Assembly (NCBI GenBank): GCA_963818475.1
Contig: CAWFSF010000006.1
Coordinates: forward strand, 1,664,001 to 1,728,000
Direction: 5' to 3'
From: Nitrospirota bacterium
GTDB taxonomy: Bacteria > Nitrospirota > UBA9217
Length of the DNA: 64,000 nucleotides
Positions 1 to 8,736 of this stretch are shown piece after piece. Each line of letters starts with the position of its first letter. The stretch's first letter is position 1. Below the pieces are notes generated by a model, which saw nothing but the letters and a program-made list of their open reading frames with translations, did no database searches and was not told where the DNA came from. The position numbers were made by a program, and so were the translations under genes.

Positions 1-130
1 CCATCAACGCGTGACAACTGGCGGAGACACAGGTTTCAGTCTGTGCATCAGCTCCTTTTGAAACAGCGATGATCAACGCAAAAGACCACAAAGTGAGAAA
101 AAATATACTTTTTTTATCTCGCTTAACCAT
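1..130 (-). CDS. N-terminus of a secreted c-type cytochrome (partial, runs off window)
   Basis: Translated by hand from the ATG at 130: MVKRDKKSIFFLTLWSFALIIAVSKGADAQTETCVSASCHALM. It has a signal peptide followed by a CX4CH heme motif, and a GGGAG RBS upstream. Confidence 0.7.
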   Translation of the reverse strand, partial: MVKRDKKSIFFLTLWSFALIIAVSKGADAQTETCVSASCHALM

Positions 131-190
131 ACTTTCTACTCCCTAGTCATTCACAGGATAACAGGATAATAGTAATCAAACGTCTTTAGG

Positions 191-206
191 TGCAATTAAT
201 ATGCCC
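191..206 (-). promoter_or_regulatory. sigma54 (-24/-12) promoter of the cytochrome gene
   Basis: Minus strand GGGCATATTAATTGCA = GG-N10-GC with TTGCA, about 60 bp upstream of the ATG at 130. Confidence 0.65.
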
Positions 207-286
207 TTAACAGTCAGACGGCAAACGTGCGAACAATTTGAATATCAAGTGTTATTTCGACAAAAAAACCAATCAGCACCCAAGTC

Positions 287-328
287 TTGAGCATAACCGC
301 TCAAAGCTTGTTCATAACCGCTCAAATT
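287..328. promoter_or_regulatory. tandem 21-bp repeats, candidate enhancer-binding-protein sites
   Basis: CTTGAGCATAACCGCTCAAAG followed by CTTGTTCATAACCGCTCAAAT. The first copy is a TTGAGC-N6-GCTCAA palindrome. Located 80-120 bp upstream of the sigma54 site. Confidence 0.5.
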
Positions 329-411
329 AAATTGAGAACCGATTGAAAATAATCCGAAATATGACTGCTAAGGCTTGAATGCAATTCAAACATTATTGCT
401 GCCCTTTTGAA

Positions 412-2160
412 TTACTTTCCGCTTGCTGGACCAATGCCCAGCAAGATTGCGTAAAACTTTCCGGCAGCTATGTCATTGATACCTGCAACATCCGGGATCC
501 TCTCCGGATTGATCTTGGCTGGTTTATTTTTTTGATCCTTGCCCCATACCCATATCGTGCCATCAGACATCAATGCCATGGAATGATACATCCCGGCAGA
601 GACCCTTTTTATTTTGCTCAAGCCCTCGACCTTGAAAGCCGATGAGCCGTCCGCAACCTTCTTGCCAAGCTGGCTGTACTCGTTCCTGCCCCACGCCCAT
701 ACACTCCCGTCTGTCTTAAGGGCTAGGGTGTGATTCAGGCCGGCCTGAATATCTACGATACCGGAAAGACCTGCGACCTTGACAGCCTTTAACTGGTTGG
801 TCTTCGTACCATCGCCCAGCATCCCGTTGATATTCGCACCGAAAGCCCAGACGGTCTTGTCCGATTTCAGCACCACCGTATGTTGCAGACCCGCAGCAAC
901 ACTGACGGCGTCGGAAATACCCTCTGCCTGCACAGGGCTCACGCGGTCCTTGTTCGAGCCGTCGCCAAGCTGGCCAAATTCGTTCCGGCCCCATGCCCAG
1001 ACCGTACCATCGGACTTGACCGCAACAGAGTGATACATGCCTGCAGCTATCCTCACGACTCCTGACAGGCCGTTGACCCGTACCGGGGTCATGCGGTCAG
1101 CAGTAGAGCCGCTTCCGAGCTGTCCATACGAATTTCCTCCCCACGTCCATACCGTTCCATCAGAAGCGAGCGCGATCGTATGAACCATGCCTGCGGCGAC
1201 ATCAGTGATCTTCCAGAGGTCCTTGACCGCAACAGGAATGCGACTGTCCTGGACAGCGCCGTTCCCCAATTGTCCGTTGGTGTTTCTGCCCCAGGTCCAT
1301 ACAGAGCCGTCGGACCTGAGTGCGATCGCATGTTCGTGACCGGCGGATACCTTTACCACGTTCTCCAGCCCGCCCACGGACAGGAATACATCACGGTCCC
1401 CCGGGGTGCCGTCGCCAAGCTGGCCGAATTCATTCAGCCCTCCGGTCATGACCGTATTCGCCTTCCCCGGCACCCAGCTACGGGCTGGGGGAGAGCCGAC
1501 GCCGGGCTTGCCGAAATCATTCTGTGCTCCGGTTATGGACGCACTCGCCTTGGCCGTCGCAGGCATCGAGCCGCTCCTGACCGGCCAGAGAAATTTGTAG
1601 CTGCAAAAGGACACATAGTCCATCAGCATCTCTCCCGACGCCAGGTCCATGATCCACAGATAATCAATAACGTCCTTTCCCCTGGAGGAGGACCAATAGA
1701 AGTGATTCTGCACATTTTTAAAAGGGTGGCCGACAGGAAGTGCGGGATAGTACCTGGATTTATCAACAAGTGTTTCAAGCTCATCGATCGTTGGAAAACG
1801 CCAGTCGGCGTATCCAAAATTCGGTTTTTTCCCGCTGTTCATGTCCTGGAGATACTGTTTGGCGCCTTCGTTCGGGAGGTGCAGCGTGCTGACATTCGCG
1901 TCTTTGAGCCAGATGAGTCCGGTGTTCTTGTCGAGGATCGTACCATCACCCCTGTCGGTAAAACGCGTACTGACCGGCTCTGCCGACGCTCCCGATTTCT
2001 CGGACTGGACAGGCGGCTGCACAGGGTCGGCGGCCGCCGTTTTTTCCTGGCTTGCTGGTTCCTTGCTTTTTGAAGAGCCCTTTTTGGGTTTTGCGACTGC
2101 TCCAGTCGCCACAAGTGAAGCCATGATAAAACAGACAAAAACAATAACTATTTTACGCAT
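412..2160 (-). CDS. secreted DUF1566 (Lcl C-terminal-like) + RCC1-repeat beta-propeller protein
   Basis: Signal peptide; DUF1566 motifs (DRGDGTILDKNTGLIW, DWRFPTIDEL, YWSSS); about seven RCC1 repeats (AAGxxHxxALxSDGTVWxWGxNxxGQLG). Confidence 0.85.
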   Translation of the reverse strand: MRKIVIVFVCFIMASLVATGAVAKPKKGSSKSKEPASQEKTAAADPVQPPVQSEKSGASAEPVSTRFTDRGDGTILDKNTGLIWLKDANVSTLHLPNEGAKQYLQDMNSGKKPNFGYADWRFPTIDELETLVDKSRYYPALPVGHPFKNVQNHFYWSSSRGKDVIDYLWIMDLASGEMLMDYVSFCSYKFLWPVRSGSMPATAKASASITGAQNDFGKPGVGSPPARSWVPGKANTVMTGGLNEFGQLGDGTPGDRDVFLSVGGLENVVKVSAGHEHAIALRSDGSVWTWGRNTNGQLGNGAVQDSRIPVAVKDLWKITDVAAGMVHTIALASDGTVWTWGGNSYGQLGSGSTADRMTPVRVNGLSGVVRIAAGMYHSVAVKSDGTVWAWGRNEFGQLGDGSNKDRVSPVQAEGISDAVSVAAGLQHTVVLKSDKTVWAFGANINGMLGDGTKTNQLKAVKVAGLSGIVDIQAGLNHTLALKTDGSVWAWGRNEYSQLGKKVADGSSAFKVEGLSKIKRVSAGMYHSMALMSDGTIWVWGKDQKNKPAKINPERIPDVAGINDIAAGKFYAILLGIGPASGK

Positions 2161-2378
2161 ATCCTTCCCGCTTTCCTAAAAGGTCGATCGCCGATTGCTT
2201 GTTCAAACGCCCGAGGGAAATTCTCTCAATGACGACCATGAGAACGACCACATCATACACATAATGATGAACAAATGCAAGATTCAGCTTTACAAATGTT
2301 CACTCAATATGTTATTTTGCAAAGTACTGTTCTATTTTTACCGATGCAAAAAACTAAAAATAGGGGAATAAAAAAAAC

Positions 2379-3807
2379 ATGCTCCGAAAAACCTGTTCAA
2401 TCCTGTTTAACGTGTTTTTTATCTCTTTGTCTTTCATCATTTTCGCACAGACCTCGTTTGCAGAGGTAAATGATGACTATGCTCTCAAGATTTCCCTCGA
2501 GAACCAGCTGGAGAAAAAGCTCAAGCAGGTCATCGTGGAGATCACCGGTACGGACAGAGTGGTCATCTTCGTGAACGCCGAACTGTTCTCCGCCCGGGGC
2601 GAGAGAGGCAAAATGCTCGAGAAGAAGAAGACGAACGCGCTGGTGCTTCCCGGAGTCCCGGAAAAAAAGGAGATCGGTTCCGGCCAGTCCGAGATGGTGA
2701 TCGGCGCCGGGAGCAGCAAGTATACGGTCAACAAGATCATCCTTTCCATCTGGATCGACAAGAGCGTGCCCGGGTCCATCGTCGACCTCATCCAGGATAT
2801 CGCCAAGAACGTGATCGGCTTCAATCAGAACCGGGGCGACCAGATCAACGTCAAGAAGGTCGACTTCGAGTCAAAGGGCTTTTTCCGGAGCGCTCTTTGC
2901 GCTGCCGAACTTCTTCTGGCTGATCCTGACGCTGGTCGGCGGCTTCATGCTGGTAACGGTCGGCATGTTCTTCATGGATCCGCTTAAAAAAATCGTGCCG
3001 GCGCTAAAGAACATCGACTGGGGCCTGATCCGCGGAACCGGAGGTTCACCGAGCGGCCGAGCGAACCGATGACATACGAGCGAGAGGTCCTGTCCGGACG
3101 GCCGGCAATCCTAGACAAGGAACCTGCGCCGCTGGCGGGGGCTAAGGATGAAGCCGTTCCCTTCTCCTTCATCCGGGAACGGGACATCCCGTGCCTCGCC
3201 TTCCTGCTGAAGGACAAGACCGCGCAGGACATCGCCATCGTCATCAACTACCTCGACCCGGCCATCGGCATGCGGCTCCTCGAGCTGTTCCCGAAGGACA
3301 AGCAGGTTGAGGTCGCGCTCATCCTCGGCCAGGAAGAGATCAACATGGAAAAGGTGCATGCCCTCGAAGAGATGGTCAAGAGCAGGCTGACCTATGTCGT
3401 CGGCGGCGAGAACAAGCTGATCACCCTGCTCGACATGACCAACGAGGATGTTCGCGACAAGATCGTCAAGACACTGGAGACCAGGGACGCCCAGACCGCG
3501 ACGCGCCTCAAGTCAGAGGATCAAGAGCCTGGAATCGATCATTCGGGAACTGCCTGCTCCCGGCATTCAGACCCTGTACCGGAACATCGATGCCACGCTG
3601 TTCGCCCAGATCCTGAAGGCGTCACCGGAAGACATCCAGCAGAAGGTCATCTCTTCGCTCAGCGCCGGCGCCGCCGAACGGCTCAAGCAGGAAATGGAGC
3701 TGAGCCGACCTCTCTCCGGCGTGCGCCTCCGGAGGGAAAAACAGAACCTGATGGTCCTGGTGCGGCGGCTGATCAGCGAAGGTCTTGTGGAGGTTGAAAA
3801 CAACTAA
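2379..3807 (+). CDS. FliF-ring-domain / TM / FliG middle+C-terminal fusion protein (three apparent frameshifts at ~2889, ~3060, ~3513)
   Basis: Signal peptide; FliF C-terminal ring-building motif (LENQLEKKLKQVIVEITG..V.VNAEL, LPGVP, IAKNVIGFNQNRGDQINVKKVDF). TM helix FFWLILTLVGGFMLVTVGMFF lies in the +1 frame from 2890. FliG-M: PFSFIRERD..IAIVINYLDP..GG. FliG-C: LSAGAAERLKQEME..LVRRLISEG. Confidence 0.8.
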
Positions 3808-3808
3808 C

Positions 3809-4595
3809 ATGGAAAAAATGGATAAAATGACCATAATCGGGCTCGTCGCCATCCTGCTGACGATCCTGTATGTACTGGCCGTAGGCAATATCCTGCACAT
3901 GCTCTTCAACCCGCTGGCGCTGATCATCGTGTACGGCGGTACCTTCAGCGCGACCCTGATCGCCTATCCCTGGGCCGTGATCAAGGAGATCGTCCCGTCG
4001 CTGCGGGTCATGCTGTTCCCCAGCAAACATAGCGATCAAGGACATGGAGGACATGATCGCGACGCTTTCGCTCGCTGGCCGAAAAGGCCCGGCGGGACGG
4101 CGTTGAGAGCCTGGCCGGCGAGCTGCCGAAGATCAACGACAAGTTCCTGATCCATGGCATCCAGATGCTCGTTGACGGGCTTGAACACGATGTCATCAAG
4201 GACAACCTCGACCGCGAGATTTTCTATACGCGCCACAACCAGCAGAAGGTCTCGGGCGCCTTCCGGACCATGGCCACGGTCGCTCCCATCTTCGGACTGC
4301 TCGGCACGCTCATGGGCATCGTGGACATGCTGCGGAACCTGTCCAACCCGGCCAGCATGGGCGCCGCCATGTCCAATGCGGTCACGGCGACCTTTTACGG
4401 CATCTTTTCCGCGAACGTGTTCATCCCGATCGCGACCAAACTCTACGGACCACAGCGAGCGCGACATCATCAACAAAGAAATGATCGCCGAAGGCATCAT
4501 GGCGATCCAGCAGGGCGATGTTCCCCTCATCCTGAGGAAAAAGCTGACCGCCTTCATCATGGCCCATATGCAGGCAGAGATCGGATACCGCGTGA
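3809..4595 (+). CDS. motA: MotA/PomA-family stator A subunit (frameshifted)
   Basis: Reconstructed over several frames: MDKMTIIG..NPLALIIVYGGTFSATLIAYP; LAEKARRDGVESL..DKFLIHGIQMLVDG; APIFGLLGTLMGIV.ML.NL..P...G.AMS.A.TATFYGIF.AN.FIPIA.KL; EMIAEGIMAIQQGD.P..LR.KL. The 3' end is inferred from a GTGA overlap at 4592-4595. Confidence 0.85.
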
Positions 4596-5303
4596 ACGTA
4601 CATCGTCGACAGAACAGGCTGCCGAGCATGATCGAACAAAGAAAAGAAATCGGCAATATCTGGCTGATCATCTTCTCCGATATCACCACGAACCTGATGC
4701 TCTTCTTTCTCATGCTCTTCGCCATGACGCGCATGACGGCATCGGACAAGCAGATGGTGGTCGCCGGCATGGAGAGCACGGTCGTGAATCAGTCCGCCCG
4801 CGAACAGGCGGAGCTGGAGCGCCAGGCCAAGATGCAGCGCGAAGAAGAGGCGATCAAGCGGCTCCAGCTGGCGGTCGCCGACGGAACGCTTGCGGGAAAA
4901 GCGACGATCAGCGGTGACGGACAAGGCCGTCAATATCGCGCTCAATCCCGAGATCGTTCTTTTCCATCGGCAGCGCCAAACTCAATCCCGGCACGGTCAA
5001 TGTCCTGGAAAGCCTGGTCGGGCCTGATCCAGATGTTCCCCAACGACATCATCATCGAAGGCCATACCGATCACGATACCGGTGCGCGGAGGGGCCTATC
5101 GTTCCAACTGGGAGCTGTCCATTGCGCGGGCCGTCGGGGTCGTCAACTTCTTCACTGCCGGCGGCATCGATCCCCGAAGCAGCTGATCGCCGCCGGCTAC
5201 GGCGAGTTTCATCCTGCCTATCCGAACGATTCGGAAGTCAACCGGGCCAGGAACCGGCGCATCGAGATCACCCTCGTCCGCCAGGCAGAGGAGCACGCAG
5301 TGA
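4592..5303 (+). CDS. motB: MotB-family stator B subunit, copy 1 (frameshifted)
   Basis: TM WLIIFSDITTNLMLFFLMLFAM retains the conserved Asp. OmpA-like peptidoglycan-binding domain: IIIEGHTD, SNWELS.ARA, AAGYGEFHP..PND....RARNRRIEI. The end is inferred at a TGATG junction; the in-frame stop as written is 5338. Confidence 0.8.
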
Positions 5304-5970
5304 TGTCGGTCCTGAAAAAATTCGTACAGTATACGTGAAGAGCACGATGGAGGAGACCGAGCTCTGGATGCTGCCCTACAGCACCCTGATGCTGACGCTG
5401 GTCATCCTTTTCATCATGTTCTACGCCTTTTCCCTGTCCGGTTCCGTGGAATACGAGACCGCGCTCTCCGACCTGGCGTCCACCAACCCGAACGACCCCC
5501 GGGTCAAGCAGATGAAGCAGGAGATCGCGCTGGCGAAGAATATCCGCGATTTCATCGAAAAGAACAAGTTGACGGACAAGATCCAGCTGGTCATGACTCC
5601 GCACTCCATCAAGATCAAGATGGAAAGCTTCGCGCTCTTCGACAGCGGGAGCGCCGACGTGAAGAAGGACATCCTGTTCTTCCTCGACTACCTGAACGAG
5701 CAGTTGAAGCCCATGAACAACATGGTCATCGCCGAAGGGCATACCGATAACGTCCCGATCCACAACCAGCAGTTCGACTCGAACTGGGAGCTGTCATCGG
5801 CCCGTGCCTTCAGCGTCATTTATTTCTTCCTCAATAAAGGCATTGCGCCTGAACGCCTCGTCGCCCATGGCTTCGGCGAGTTCAGGCCTGCCTATACGAA
5901 CGAGACGGAGACCGACCGGGCGAAGAACCGGCGTATCGAGATCACCGTGGTCAGAGGAGCTACAAAGTGA
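5303..5970 (+). CDS. motB: MotB-family stator B subunit, copy 2 (conserved Asp replaced by Thr)
   Basis: GAGGAG RBS and ATG at 5303, with one indel in the A6 run at ~5318. TM WMLPYSTLMLTLVILFIMFYAFS. OmpA-like domain LFDSGSA, AEGHTDNVPI, SNWELSSARA, GFGEFRP, RAKNRRIEI. Confidence 0.85.
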
Positions 5971-7266
5971 AAAAAATACTTACTCTTGTCATCGGTGCCA
6001 TGCTCTGCATCGCAACCGGTGCCGGGGCCATAACGCCGAAGCAGGTGGAGCGGATCGAGCAGCTGAAGAAGGAGGTCGTCTCGCTCTTTCGGGAGGGCAA
6101 GTTCGAGCAGGCGGCGCCGCTCCTGAACGAGGTCCTGGCCATCGATCCTTTTGACAAGACGGCTGCCCGGTACCTTGCCCTGGCCAAGCAGCAGGCCATG
6201 GAGCCGTACTGCAAGGATGCCGCCGACGCGTTCCAGAATGAGGACTACGCCAAGGCGATCGAGATGTGGGATAAGCTGCTCAAGATGAATCCCGAAGACC
6301 GCCGTCTTCGACAGCCTGATCGATACGACGAAGAACCTGATCACCGACAAGACAACGGCCAAAATGTACCAGCACGCCGAAAAGTTCATCCAGGACGACG
6401 ACTACAAGTCCGCAGTCAACGAACTGGAAAAGATCCTGGCGGTCAGGCCCTACGACCGGCAGGCCAGCAGCCTCCTCAACACTGCCAAGAGCAATGTCGT
6501 CGATGTCCGGACCAAAAAACACTACGATCAGGCCGACGCCTACCTCAAAGAAAAACAATACGACCGCGCCATCGAAGAATGGAAAAAGATCCTCGACATC
6601 GACGATTCCCAGGAAGCCGCCTCACGATACATCGCATCGGCGGTCCGCGAAAAGATGGGCAGCCTCTATGTCGAGGCGAAGCAGGCCTATGAGCGAGGCG
6701 ACTACATAACCTCGCGCGATTCTTACAACAAGATCATTGCGGACAACCCGACAGACCTGGATGTCAAGACGATGATCGCGCGCCTCGACGACGTCATCAA
6801 GGTGTCGCTCAAGATCGACGAGAAAGGCCCGGCCGGCGACATGATGCGCAAGGCAATGACACAGTTCATTGCCGCCGACGGCAACCGCAAAGCATCCATG
6901 GCTGCCGCCTGGTACGCCTTCCAGCTGAACCCGGCACCGCTCACCACCGCGGTCAAAGGATTTCTGGAACTCAAGTACGCTTCTATTTTGACGACCATGG
7001 AAGCGCCGGTCGGCGACATGAACATTATAGACCAGTACCTCTTTACCGCGTTGAACCACATTTATGAAGGCCGGTACGACCTCGCGATCCAGAAGTGCAC
7101 CATCGTCATTGAGCTGCAGCCCAAGAACATTCTGGCGTGGAAGAGGCTCGGATCGGGCTACTATGCGATCGGCAAGAAGGACAAGGCGAAAGAAACCTGG
7201 GAGAAGGCGCTGAAGATGGCGCCTGACGATCCTGAACTGAAGCAGTTCATTCGTCAGGCAAAATAA
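5967..7266 (+). CDS. periplasmic tetratricopeptide-repeat protein (frameshift ~6310)
   Basis: GTGA overlap with motB2; signal peptide MKKILTLVIGAMLCIATGAGA; many TPR motifs (YAKAIEMWDKLLKMNP, YDRAIEEWKKILDIDD, AWKRLGSGYYAIG..KAKETWEKALKMAPDD). Confidence 0.85.
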
Positions 7267-7326
7267 TACAAATAATGCAGACGGAACGCTGATCGTCAGC
7301 CGTTCTGTTCACACGGGACTGCCCGC

Positions 7327-8718
7327 TTAAATAAGCCCGAATCGTTTCATACGACGCCTGAAGGCATCCCGGGGCATTTTCAGCAGCTGGGCAGCTTTGG
7401 TCTGGTTGCCGTTCGCCATGTCAAGCGATTTTCTGACCAGCGCATGCTCAACATCCTCGATCGACAGACCCGACTCGGGAATGACAAAGCCATCCAGGGA
7501 AACAGGCGCGCCCGAGACGCCTCCTGCGGGCGCACCGGTATCAGAAACGCTGTCCAGGAGCTCCTGCGGCAGATGTTCCGGCTGGATCTCGTCCCCGACT
7601 TCCAGGATCATTGCACGCTCGATGACATTCTTCAGTTCTCTCACGTTTCCCGGCCAGGAGTATGCAAGGAGTATCTCTTCTGCGTCCCTGTTGATCCGAT
7701 GAATGTTTTTATGGCACTCCTGGCTGAAATGGTTGATAAAGTGATGTGCGAGCAATAGAACATCACGGCCCCGGTTCCTGAGAGGAGGCAGGGTAATGGG
7801 CACCACCTGCAGGCGATAGTACAGATCCTTCCTGAACTTTCCTTCGCTCATTGCTTTCGATAGTTCCTGGTTCGTTGCCGATACGAGCCGGACATCGACA
7901 GTGATATCCTTTATTCCGCCAACCCGCTTAAAGGTCTTCTCTTCGAGCATTCTGAGCAGCTTTGCCTGCATGCTCATATCCATGTCGCCGATTTCGTCCA
8001 GGAATACGGTGCCGCTGTCGGCGAGCTCGAACAGGCCTTTCTTGGCGGCCTTTGCGTCGGTAAAGGCGCCCTTCTCATGCCCCATAAGCTCGGTCTCGAG
8101 CAGCGTGACCGGCAAAGCGGCGCAGTTGATCGCCATGAACGGCTTGTCCGCCCGCGCACTGCCGTAGTGGATGGCCTTCGCGACAAGTTCCTTGCCCGTG
8201 CCGCTCTCGCCCTGGATCAGCACCGTGGTGGCATCACTTCGGGCAATTTTCCTGATCAGGTTCTTGATCTTGACCATATCATCAGATTCACCCATGATCG
8301 CATCGACCTGTGAGCTGGTTTCCTTCCGGAGTTGTTTGACCTGTGTGCGCAGAGAGCCTGCCTCGAGCGCTTTTTTAATCACAAAGGTTATTTCTTCGAG
8401 ATTGAACGGTTTGCTGATATAGTCATAGGCGCCGAGCTTCAGAGCTTTGACAGCGGTTTCGACCATACCGTAGGCCGTGATCATTATGACCATCAGCCCC
8501 CGCTCCTGCACATGCAGTTTTTCGAGCAGCTCAAGTCCGGTCATTTCCGGAAGCCGGTTATCGAGCAGAATGAGGTCAGGGGTGTCTTCCGTAAGCAGTT
8601 CCAATCCTTTTTCCGCGGACTCTGCCGTGACGACATCGTACCCTTCCTTGACCAGATGCTGTTCCAGCGTCCAGCGAATCAACTTTTCATCATCAATGAC
8701 CAGAATCTTCTGTACCAT
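7327..8718 (-). CDS. sigma54-dependent NtrC/AtoC-family response regulator
   Basis: Receiver domain (VIDDE, LLDNRLP, KP), AAA+ GESGTGKE and GAFTDA motifs, WPGNVREL, Fis-type HTH. Confidence 0.95.
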   Translation of the reverse strand: MVQKILVIDDEKLIRWTLEQHLVKEGYDVVTAESAEKGLELLTEDTPDLILLDNRLPEMTGLELLEKLHVQERGLMVIMITAYGMVETAVKALKLGAYDYISKPFNLEEITFVIKKALEAGSLRTQVKQLRKETSSQVDAIMGESDDMVKIKNLIRKIARSDATTVLIQGESGTGKELVAKAIHYGSARADKPFMAINCAALPVTLLETELMGHEKGAFTDAKAAKKGLFELADSGTVFLDEIGDMDMSMQAKLLRMLEEKTFKRVGGIKDITVDVRLVSATNQELSKAMSEGKFRKDLYYRLQVVPITLPPLRNRGRDVLLLAHHFINHFSQECHKNIHRINRDAEEILLAYSWPGNVRELKNVIERAMILEVGDEIQPEHLPQELLDSVSDTGAPAGGVSGAPVSLDGFVIPESGLSIEDVEHALVRKSLDMANGNQTKAAQLLKMPRDAFRRRMKRFGLI

Positions 8719-8736
8719 CTATCCTGCTCCTCGCTG

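Noticed and set aside
4154-5338. MotA-MotB or MotB1-MotB2 fusion suggested by the 394-aa ORF
   Set aside because: GTGA (4592) and TGATG (5301) junctions, the latter with an RBS, indicate separate genes merged by indels. A MotB1-MotB2 fusion is topologically implausible, and a MotA-MotB fusion conflicts with 5:2 stoichiometry.
3809-5970. Zorya (ZorAB) or Tol/Exb system
   Set aside because: The A subunit is flagellar-MotA-like with no long ZorA tail, there are no ZorC/D/E or TonB/TolA genes, and a FliG-like partner is adjacent.
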